From assembly GCA_964016885.1 (NCBI GenBank), contig OZ024740.1, forward strand, positions 114,514,001 through 114,578,000: DNA of 64,000 bases, read 5' to 3'. This DNA comes from Eledone cirrhosa. Taxonomy: Eukaryota. Within the stretch, counting starts at the first letter, position 1. Each line of letters opens with the position of its first letter. Below are positions 52,641-64,000 of the stretch, piece after piece. The notes under the pieces were generated by a model. That model saw only the letters and a program-made list of their open reading frames with translations, ran no database searches and was not told the DNA's origin. The position numbers and the translations under genes were made by a program.

Positions 52641-54239
52641 ACTGCCTATACACATGTACAGATACAACGCATATACACATGCACACATACAACTCAAAAC
52701 ATCCACATCCACACATACAATAACATCCATATCTACACATGCATGCATAGATATCTACCTAGTTGATGTTGTGTAAATTCCAATGAGAGAGTCTTGTGTC
52801 TATGTTAGAAACCGACTCTCTCTTTATTGGTAAAAAATTTGTGAAATTATAAAACCAGAAAAACATACATACATATATACTTACATACATACATGCATAC
52901 ATACATACATACATACATACATACATACATACATACATACATACATACATACATACTTACATACATGCATACTTACCTACATACTTACATACATACATAC
53001 ACACTTACATACATACTTACATACATACATACATACATACACACTTACATACATACATACATACTTACATACATACTTACATACATATATGATGGCTGCC
53101 TCTCGATTTCAATTTCAAGAATTGTCACCACCTTATCCACGTCTCACATACCGGTGACACGAACATCACGTTTTGAACCTGCCAGGATTTACATTCCTTT
53201 CTGGATATGCTGCCATGATAAACATACATACACACACATACATACATACATGCATACATACAAACATATATACATATATACATACATATATGATGGCTGC
53301 AAACTCTGCTAAGTGTATTGCAATCGTTTGTCAGATTACAGAGTTTGGTGCCCTTTTAGGCTACCGCAAGCCACACGAACCTGTAACATATCTTAAACAA
53401 GCAATACCTGTTCTTTGAACTTTTTTACGTGGGGAAATGCCTTGCACTTGACTAATCCCACTCTCTGAGCATCGAAAACACTACCCGAAAAGGAGAAGTG
53501 GTCAACATCATCTGATGCTTCCGAAGCCGCAGGTCTTTTTTTTTTTTTTTCTTTCAGAGTTCCCTCTCATAGAAAGGTGTTGTGACAACAACTGGGGGCC
53601 TTTCACTCCCATACACACAAATACATACTCAACACTCAGATATTGTTATAATTAAAAACACTTCAATGTCATGTATGTCTGTTTTATTCTGTCTGACAAT
53701 GTTAAACAATAACAATATTTGAAGGAACGTGCGCAGCGATTTATCAAAACATTATATTTTATATGATATGGTTCATCGTACCATGACAAAAATTAAAAGC
53801 GTTAAAGAATGTTCAATCTTTTTTTTCCTCTCATTTAATTATATATTATTATTTTTTAGATGTTTTATTTCATTTTTTATTCGTTGCAGTTTAGAAAACC
53901 ATACTGAATATAAAAGAAAAATAGGGGAAAAAGACTAATAAATTAAATAACAGATGAACACATTATTTTGGGTCTGAAGTGTTAATTATATTGATGTATT
54001 ACCGTTGTGTTTGTACTTTAATAAATTTCTACTATAATTAGTTGGTGGGGACGAGTAGAAGCCACGCTCCAATAAATAATAGGTCAGTTGGCTTTTAGAA
54101 CGTGTCTAAACAGCCATGTTTTGAAAGTTAGTTTTATTGTTGGTTAGTAGTTTATTGACCACAACCTGCAATCTTGCCAAACCATTTGCATTATGATATT
54201 ATTATTTAAAAGGTAGGACATCACTCACTCTCTCTCTAT

Positions 54240-54359
<120 letters not shown>

Positions 54360-54649
54360 ATGTGCCTGTGTCTGTGTCTGTGTGTGCGTACGTTGAACTT
54401 CGTCAGTTCCAGCTACGTATGTTTCAGTTTTGTGAACAATGGAACTGCCGGCTCATGAAAATAAGCTGCATATACCCGAGCATTCTGCTGATATGCGTAA
54501 ACTCTTTCCAGTTGAATTAACTCCCGATCATGAGTGGAAAAACTCAACCGCTAAGCGATGTGCTTTCACAGAACAGCATTTGTCCCAGACTGATGGAAAG
54601 AAAATGCTACGATTGTATTATGACGGATATTACAATTCTGATTTTATCT

Positions 54650-54792
54650 GCAACCTGGTAGAATTAGCAGAGTAATTAGATAGTCGGATAGAATGCTTTG
54701 CAGTATACCTTTGGCTCTCTGTTCTCTGAGCTCAAATCCCACGGAGGTGAAATTTGTCTTTCCTCCATTCAAGGTTGATAAAAAGTACCAGT
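54650..54792 (+). mobile_element. Core SINE (diverged)
   Basis: CTGAGCTCAAATCCC..GTCTTTCCTCC..GTTGATAAAAAGTACCAG. Confidence 0.65.
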
Positions 54793-55569
54793 CTATATAT
54801 ATTTCTAAATTCCATTCTCGGGAAGAAATTCAAACCTCAGAAGTATGGCTCCAGACATACATACAAACATTGTGCTTTATATTTTGATGTTTTGCTAGTA
54901 TCGGTTTACCACAACATAGAATCCCTACTTACGATCATCTCCATATTAGAGGGGATCAAGAATATTTTCGGCGAATTGAAATCTATAATAATAAATATAT
55001 TTTCAACTTGTTAACCTCATTTATCTTATATCACGTACTGAATTATATAGGGTATTCTTTGATTTCATTTTTGTTTATTCTTGTTGTAATGGTTTGTAAA
55101 GCGATTGGGGATATTTAGTGAATAAAACATTGTATTTAAATCATAAATTTCGCGAACGCTACATACCCGTTAATTGTATCAGTAAAATGAAATGTTACTC
55201 TCAATAGTTGCCAGAAATAGAAGACATAGCTCCTAGGAAATGTATTCACTTCCTTTAAGGATCATACTTAAATAAGACGAGTCATCATTTGATAGGGACG
55301 CTTACTATACGAAACATGATCGTGTATCATGTATCCATCCTGAAGGCAGCTTTGTCTCTTGTATCTTACAGACGTTTCAGAGTAAATATGAGGGTGATTT
55401 TATGTATGTTTGTATTCACATACAAGAAAGCACACATCATGTTTATCTATTGTATAGAGTTTATTTTTACAAAGATGTAGTAGACAGTGACTGCGACTGT
55501 GGCTTCTATAGTTGTAGGTACCAATTATGTTATATTATATCCATCGTGTGGGGAAAGTACAATAAGATT

Positions 55570-55762
55570 AGTAAAAATATGTTAGAGCGTCGGGCACCTT
55601 GGTTTGCGGCCTATAATTACGTTCCTTTACGTTATGAGTTTAAATCTCACCGAGGTTAGCTTTGTCTTTCATCCTTACTGGGTCACGAGTAACGCATGGG
55701 GTCGATTTAATCGACTTTCCCTTCCCCAAAATTGTTGGCCTTTGTGCCTGAATCAGAAACCA
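55570..55762 (+). mobile_element. Core SINE (diverged)
   Basis: GAGTTTAAATCTCACCGAGGTTAGCTTTGTCTTTCATCC..GGTCGATTTAATCGAC..GGCCTTTGTGCC. Confidence 0.65.
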
Positions 55763-57492
55763 TTATTACAACGATTGTTCCTTTTGTTATTTAATTAATG
55801 TTTGGTGTTAGTACAAATACGTTGTTATATTTTAATGAAAAAGAGTAAATAAATATTACTCTCCGAATGTCTGTGTTCATTAAAAAAAACGGAAAAATCA
55901 ACGACAAAAGCATTGTATGAAATAATAATTGAAATTTTGTGTTTGGATGACCAATCGATCTGTAGACAGTTCAACTGTTTCCTCTCAGAATATTGGATAA
56001 CATATTTTTTTTAATACAGATTTTAGACAAATAAAGCAATTTCTTTCTTTTTTTCAAACAAATCAGCATTAGCTTAAAGGTATGTGCCTGTATGTGTATG
56101 TGTGTATATGTATATGTGTGTGTATATATGTGTGTATGCATAAGTGTGGGTGTGTGATTTGGTGCGGTGATTAAGCTGACATTATGTTTGGTTTAGTAGA
56201 GTTGGATTCGCATAGACGAATTCATTCACAAACACATACATCTATCTAAACAGGCAAGCAAAAATAGGCACGCGTGGGCAGGAGCAAACATAACACATCT
56301 ACGCAAATGCACCACCACTCACAGTAAACATAATTACGAGCAGAATTGTTAAACAACAAATACACAAGACAAAAACGGTTAACTTCATAAAACACTAGAC
56401 TTAAAGATAATTAAAAACCGCCATGAAAATTGCTTCGAAGAGAACACATTTTTAACGGAAAAGTAAGCGAGAATTAAAAAACACACAATATAGAGGGAAG
56501 AAAAGACACAGAGATAAATGTAGTCTCTCATTAAGTGGGTGGAATTAACTTTTAATTCATTAATATATTTTCCTAGCATGTGTTTCCCAATTCTGACTCT
56601 GGATTTTGATCCTGAATTGAGATAATATATACATTAATCTATCACTTGAACGTGACCATAGTTATGGCTGAAATTGGTACAGAAGGTTAGATGTTTTAGT
56701 CCTTATATTATTTTAGTGACAAACGAAACAAAACAAAATTAAAAGCAATGTCGATCTGGCTTGACTTGACCTGGAAAAGTAAAGCGGTATAACTAACAAA
56801 ACGCAACAATCCAGACAGATTTTTCTTATTTATGGAATATATATGTTAGCCATTTTGATATGTATCCTTTTGACCAATGTATGCTTTCCCTATTTCAGAT
56901 GTTGGCATAGAATTTGAAGGAAATTTCGTGGTTATTTCTAGTGGTTAAAGTGAGGGTACAAAGGACTTTTCCCGTTGGCTCATATTATACTTGGTTGTTG
57001 TTAACGATTTGCCCCAGATAAGCCGTGATCAAAGCAGACCTGTGTTGAAAGGTGTTCCAAATGTGACAACTACAAAATGTTATCACTTAAACTAGTCAAT
57101 ACACATGAACCTCATTTTATCACAAGCTCTAATACATACGAAAACAACTGTCTCTCACTTAAACCTTCTATTTGAGCCTTCATGGTGAGTAAGATAAGTA
57201 CGATAAGAGGCGGAGTGAGGTATGATTTACTTAGGGAAGACGTGATAGAAAAAGCTTAGATATTCATATATCAATATCATCATAATAACGATACAGCCAT
57301 CCTATTTAAAGATAATTTGGGAATTTATTGGGGATAATTTGGGAATATATTGGCTATATATCGACATAACCTATTTACTGTAGGATTCTTCATATTTGAA
57401 TAATGAAGAGTAAACCAAGAAAGTTATTCATACATATTTATATATACATATATCAACGAATATCAATTTATCACGTGCGAGATATATATATT

Positions 57493-57546
<54 letters not shown>

Positions 57547-58310
57547 TGTGTGTGTCTTTGTATATATATATATATGGCGGTGGGGGTGAATATATCAAAG
57601 AATACCTATTTATCATGCTACAAGATAAATAGCTTTAATTATTAGAGTGTTTTTAATCAATTCATTAATTAAGATTATCGATTTCGAAGACTTTGCCTTT
57701 ACCATACAAACCCATATTAGGATACCGACTCATCACTGTAAATATTCAAGAGACAAGTCATATTTCCAGGATTTATTTGCTTATATAGCACGGTGGCTAG
57801 TTACACAGTAGCACGCTATATCTCATAACATCGGAGCTATAATATATTATATCAACATAATGTTGTTCATCGAACAATCTCGTAATTCTTATCTTCTGTA
57901 AATTCTCAAATGATGTCTAAATAGTTTGCTTCTATACGTTATACATACTAGAAAGACGTTAATGTAATGCAAGAATATTTATAGTTCACTTCTAAACCAA
58001 CTGGCTTCCGATTCAGTCCCACTACGTGGCATCTTGTGTTCACAAAGAGATTTAAGTGAAGATACGGGCCTACGCACCCAAACAGGTTGTCGATATTACT
58101 GTGATAGATGATTCGAATAACAAGCTTTTGATTTGGTGTTTAGATCCTATTATATGGATTTATCTCTACATACTGAAGCCCTGTTTAACTTAAAGTCTTC
58201 CATTTGTATTTCATTTGTTGAAACACGTCAGAGATGAATAAAAATGTATTAAATTCCTTCGAAACTATTAGGATTATATATATACCTATATATATCTTTA
58301 TTTATTTTGC

Positions 58311-58470
58311 ACAGGGGTGTACAAAAATGTGACATTACAATACGCGACGGCGGGGTTTTACATACAAATATCTTTAACATTAATAAATAAAAATAAACTA
58401 TATATAATAAAATAACAATTGAAATCCACAATAGGGGGGAACGTTACTGCAGAGTTGTTTTACACCCCGT
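58311..58470. mobile_element. Possible short MITE
   Basis: ACAGGGGTGTACAAAA / GTTTTACACCCCGT imperfect TIRs. Confidence 0.35.
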
Positions 58471-60043
58471 AGATAGAATACCAGGAACACGTTTTGTAGG
58501 TGTTCCCGTCTTCCCTCTGTTTATCTTCCTCAACCTACAGGTTTATATACAAAGAACGCCTATTCACTCGGGCCATTTTCGCCACATTCACCCACCTTCC
58601 AGCGAATTTACTGGGGTGTAGCACCTCTCTCTCCATTCCCACCTACCTTCTGAAGTGGCACTTAAAGAAGGGTATGGGGTGTTGTCCGGAGAGAAAGGTG
58701 TTTGCCCTCAGTCCTTTTAACCTCGTCCACCATATTACATCTTTCGCCATAGCCACCAGACAGAGGAAAACCGCCTCTACTTCGTTCTTAAATGAAGGCA
58801 ACGGGGTTATGCTCATATATATATATATATATTCTTTTTAAAATTTTCTTATTTTACGTCTTTCATATTATTGTTCTGCATCCTCCTGCATTGAACCACC
58901 TAGGTACTATGACATAACTTATTTATTTGCTAGCATTAGCGTACATATGTACGCATATGTTAGTAGATATACTAAATTCTCTATATTTATCTCCAAATTA
59001 TTTATTTGTTGAGCAAACCTGCCAAAACCACTACTAATTTATTGGTGTGGTAGTAGGCTTCTGTCATCTTACCATCCCACTCCTACCGACTAGCCTCAGT
59101 GTCACGTGATTGATTCTTTAGAATCTGCCATTTGACCAGAGACAGCGAGCTTTTCAGTGCATGGAATCCAGTCCCCGCTAGTTGTTCCATCTACCGAATT
59201 ATTATTATTTTTATATGAGTCCCCAGTGTCCGCGCATTGCCTGGAGACTTAGCTGAGAATAGATTCCCTGATGACGCAATGACTTCTCGACAGTTATATT
59301 ACGTAACTGTCTTTATCCCATTGCAGAAACTAATTAGTTGGAGTGAAAATTTTAGTAAGTAAGTTAATTTTTTAAATTCTTTTTACAATTTTCTTATTTT
59401 ACGTCTTTCATATATATATATATATATACAGAGAGAGAATGTGTGGGTGGGTGCGTGTTGGCAGTGGGAAGTCGGGAAAGACCACAAATCCGAGCAGTAC
59501 TCGATGCATGGTGCGATTCTAAGCGAGTGTTTTAATCAGGTAAAGGTCAAGGTCAGACCACGAGTTTTGCGGTTTCCACTTGAAATCTATCCAATCTTCT
59601 CCAGGGAAAATCGTGTGTGTGTGTGTGTGTGTGCGTGTGTGTGTGTGTGCGTGTGTGTGTGTATGTGTATGTGTGCATATGTGCGTGTATGTGTTAGTGT
59701 GTGTGTGTGTGTGTGTGGTATGTGCGCGCATCTGTGGAATTGTTTTTTAATATTTATGCTTATAAGGAGTGTTATTTAAACCAGAAAGGAAGTGTAATAT
59801 AGAAATAAAACAGAAACATTTAAAAGTAAGTAGATTTTTTTAAAGCATTAAAAAAATTTGAAATGTAATATATAGGTATACATGCCCACGCAGATGCATA
59901 AACATACAGATCAACACAAGCACAGCCAAACACAGACGCACACGCACAGACACACACAAACATGTATATATATATATATATGATCTATACATATACATGT
60001 ATATATATATATGTGAGAAAAACCACAGACCCTCCATCTCAAC

Positions 60044-60086
60044 TCTACTTTTGAAAAGCAGAAGAACTGCGAAACCAGTAAAGGAA
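60044..60086 (+). ncRNA. U3-A8 hammerhead variant, second copy (element about 60015-60225)
   Basis: CTT-TTGAAAA-GCAG aagaa CTGC-GAAA-CCAG-TA^-AAG. Confidence 0.5.
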
Positions 60087-60221
60087 CCAAATAAATATAT
60101 ATATTTTTAAAAAAAATAAGACTCCAGTTGCATTTTCGATTTCATCTTTTTCTCTTTATACTTTCACTCGTGTAGGACACCTCGGTTATTTTTCATTTTG
60201 TAAAAAAAACCTCACTTTCTA

Positions 60222-60298
<77 letters not shown>

Positions 60299-60745
60299 TA
60301 GAAAAAAGATGAAATCGAAAATGCAACTGGAGTCTTATTTTTTAATAGAATAGAAAATACAACAAGAATTAAAAGCATATATTAAAGTGTACAGACCATT
60401 GTTTATATCTATGTCTCCTGGACACGCTAAAAGCATGCTTCGCCACAAATTAAGTGTAGAATCATACCGTCGCTGGTTTATCAACATGAGAAACAAACGA
60501 TATGATCTACACATCTAAACATATACCAGACGACTGGCAATACCGCATGGTGTAGACAGGAAAACCGTACGTTATTCCTCACACATAATTGAACACACAT
60601 CTCTTTGTGTACTGTTCTCTATATACTGTCTTATAAAGAGTCCGGTTCTATCCATTGAGTTCATTAAATCAGAGGGGATTAATGTGAGTCTTTAACTCCG
60701 TCTTTTAATTTGACACACAAACACACATATATATATATATATGTG

Positions 60746-60829
<84 letters not shown>

Positions 60830-60875
60830 CATATACATATATATATTATATATATATATATATATATAGCCTGCT

Positions 60876-60940
<65 letters not shown>

Positions 60941-61159
60941 CAGAAAGACAGACAGACAGACAGACATATAAATGCATTTAATCGAGATATTTGCTGAGAA
61001 TGTAATTTGAGGGATTATATGTTATTTTGAGGCAATAATGTAAATGGGAGTGAGGTGGATGGTTATTAAGCTAAAGCAATAAATAATGAAACAAAATATG
61101 TAAATTAATGAGAAACATAAAGAAACAAAAATATCAAATGAATTAGAAACTCTATTGCA

Positions 61160-62040
61160 TCGTTCTTCCATCACTACCATCAACACTACTATTAACTCCA
61201 ATACTATTAACACCAATACGACGACTAACATTAGCGTCGTTACATCCATCAACAGCCCCATCACTACCAACATCACCTTTTCAAATCCCGCCAGCTTCAT
61301 CCTCATCATCAACACCAACACAACCACCACAAGCAACAACTACAAGATTTGCAACACCAAAAATATTTTCACTAACATCATCACCACCTAGCAACTTTCT
61401 ATCATCATAATGATTAACTTATGTATTATTATCGCCATCTTCACAACTACTGTGAGTTGAAAATAGTAGCAATACCATCACTACCATCAGTCTCACCACT
61501 AACCTCACTGCCACTCTCACTACCACTCTCACTGCCACCCTCACTGCCACTCTCACTACCACCCTCACTGCTACCCTCACACTCTTGCCATGAATATCAA
61601 CACCATTTTCATCACAACTCTCACCACAATGCTTACCATTAACAACAGCGATTCATTTTCTCCACTACACCACCGCACCAATTTCAAAACTGCTGCTATC
61701 ACCAACACCACCAACAACAACAGCAACACCGCTACTGACCAATATCTCCACCATCACCACCAGCAACCACAACAACAACACCACCACCACGAGAACCATC
61801 ACTACCAACACCATCATCAACGACCAATATCTCCACAGCCACCACCTCAACTAACACCACCAGCAACAACAACGCCACCACCATCACCACCACTACCTCA
61901 ATCACCACCACCAGCAACAACAATACCATAATCGACCAACATCTCCACCACTACCACGAGCACCACCAACACCATCATCGATCAACATCTCCACCACCAT
62001 CACCATCCTTACCACCACTACTAACAACATCATCAACAAC
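61160..62040. repeat. Degenerate (ACC/AAC/ATC)n low-complexity tract with a 12-bp CTCACTGCCACY minisatellite
   Basis: Direct inspection. Confidence 0.85.
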
Positions 62041-62199
62041 AAAAAGCTCTTAATGAAAATAACAGGATAAATGTTAATTAAAATGAAAGTAACAAAAGAT
62101 AGTTAAACAAATATATATTTCTATAAATCACGCGAGAAATTTTCAATGACCTTTAGAATTGAATATCGTGTCAATGTTAAAATTCTACGTAGGACAGAT

Positions 62200-62440
62200 G
62201 TATTAGGTGTAGTGTATGTAGGGGGTATTAGGTGTAGTGTCTGTAGGGGGTATTAGGTGTAGTGTCTGTAGGGGGTATTAGGTGTGGTGTAGGGGGTATT
62301 AGGTGTGATGTTGTAGGGATATTAGGTGTGGTGTTGTGGGGGGTATTAGGTGTGGTGTTGTAGGGGGTATTAGGTGTGGTGTTGGGGTATTAGGTGTGAT
62401 GTTGTAGGGATATTAGGTGTGGTGTTGTAGGGGGTATTAC
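62200..62440. repeat. G/T-rich minisatellite, 21-25-bp unit GTATTAGGTGT(A/G)GTGT..GTAGGGG
   Basis: About 10 copies of TATTAGGTGT. Confidence 0.9.
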
Positions 62441-62699
62441 GTGTGCAGTTTTCTGGGAGACATATCTATTTATATATTTTGTTTTACCTCATTTTAATTT
62501 TTTTCATTTGTTTCTACATTGTCTTCTTCTTCCCCAGTGAAAGAAATAATCGATCGATGTTGATAGGAAAGTCATTGTTAGGATTACACTACTGTGCTGT
62601 TTCAACCATATTCTTGCCATTTACCTAATACTACTACTTCTACTACTAATACGGCTGCTGCTGATGGTGTTGCTGATACTAATAATGCTACTAAATGGT

Positions 62700-63310
62700 T
62701 TCTTATATAGTCACAAGGCCAGCAATTTGGGGTGAGGGGAAAGTCGATTAAATCGACTCCAGTGTGTGACTGATACTTTATTTTATCGACCCCGTAAGGA
62801 TAAAAAGCAAAGTTAACCTCTGCGGGATTTGAACTCAGACCCTAAAGGGCCGTAACTCTATGCTGCAAAGCATGGTGTCTGACTCTCAATCGATACTGTT
62901 AATCCACCGGCCTTTTAATAATTATTTCTACTTTTGGCACAAGGCCAGCAATTATCCTTTATTTTATCGACCCCATAAGGATGAAAAGCAAAGTTAACCG
63001 TGGCGGGATTTGAAATCAGACCGTAAAGAGGCGTAACTCTATGCTACAAAACATGGCGTCCGACCCTCTACCGATACTACCAATCCACCGCCCTTTTAAT
63101 GATTTCTAGTACAAGCATAAGGCCAGTAAATTGGGAGGAGGGGGAATTCAATTAAATCGATCCCTGTACATTACTGGTGCTTTATTTTATCGATCCCGTA
63201 AGGATGAAAGGCAAAGCTAACCTTGGCGGGACTGGAATTCGAAACGTAAAGGGCCGTACCTCTATTCCACGAAGCAGGGTGTCCGACACTCTACCGATAC
63301 TGCTAATCCA
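62700..63310 (-). mobile_element. Three tandem core SINEs
   Basis: Three successive AAGGCCAG..TTTATTTTATCGA..AAGGAT..CAAAG..AACC..CGATAC units. Confidence 0.85.
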
Positions 63311-64000
63311 GGTGCTAATGATTATAAGAATATTCACATTGGCAATCACAAATTTGAAGGAATGGCCCAGTTCGCGTGTATTTCACTGATAGTAAATGTT
63401 AAAATCAAGCTGAGGTGGGTTGAAGACTTGGGTGGCATGTAAAAATATGAACAAAAACAAAGAAGCCATATCACTGCTCACAACTCGACACACTGTCCCA
63501 TAAATATCTCTATTTGGAACTGCCCACATCCTGCTCAAGTCAATATCGATTCAGTTACTGAACGTAAATAGAACAATCTCCACGCAAAATACACACTCTA
63601 TGCAATAAGCACATAATAAAATAAAACAATGCAACTCATACGACTTATACTCAATAAAATAATATAATCCACATTACACATAAAACACACAACAGAACAC
63701 ACTATAATAACACTACACACATTGCACGTACAACACACAACCCACATTACACGTATTACACACATCACGCTTACAACACACAACAGAACAAACACTAAAA
63801 TAACAAAAGAAACAACAAGCTAAACCCTATAATAAAACAAGGCTGATACAGTACATTAATAGAATTCTCTATTACTCTGTATCTCTACAAATATATGAAC
63901 ACACCTCAGGAACATGGAGAGGGCCCCACGTTATGTAGTAGTAGTGGTGGTGGTGGTGGTGGTGGTGGTGGTGGTGGTGGTCGTCGTCGTCGTCGTCGTC

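Noticed and set aside
54439-54675. 78-aa ORF with ordinary composition
   Set aside because: No recognisable domain or splice evidence, and its end runs into a SINE.
61590-61931. His/Gln/Pro-rich ORF resembling a transcription-factor low-complexity region
   Set aside because: Lies wholly within a degenerate (ACC/AAC)n tract with no adjacent domain.
62200-62440. Telomere-like repeat
   Set aside because: Contains TTAGGT within 21-25-bp units, not tandem TTAGGG.

Overview
AT-rich, microsatellite-saturated eukaryotic DNA with no recognisable host protein-coding exon. The SINE families and dense (TA)n/(CA)n/(ATAC)n tracts resemble an octopus/coleoid cephalopod genome (inference). Most ORF-track entries are microsatellite artefacts. 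The real coding remnants are decayed transposons: Penelope-like elements (PLEs), R4/Dong, RTE, CR1, CRE, L1/Tx1 and a nested hAT. The main signal is non-coding: several distinct hammerhead-ribozyme (HHR) elements sit in (TA)n tracts as tandem, terminally redundant or head-to-head inverted copies, like non-LTR retrozymes. The most unusual is a 519-bp tandem repeat (2011-3350) with a diverged homolog at 41881-41982. It holds all HHR core nucleotides in a strand order matching none of types I/II/III, with a consensus kink-turn in stem III and compensatory changes between the two versions. All structures were folded by eye and ribozyme activity is untested.
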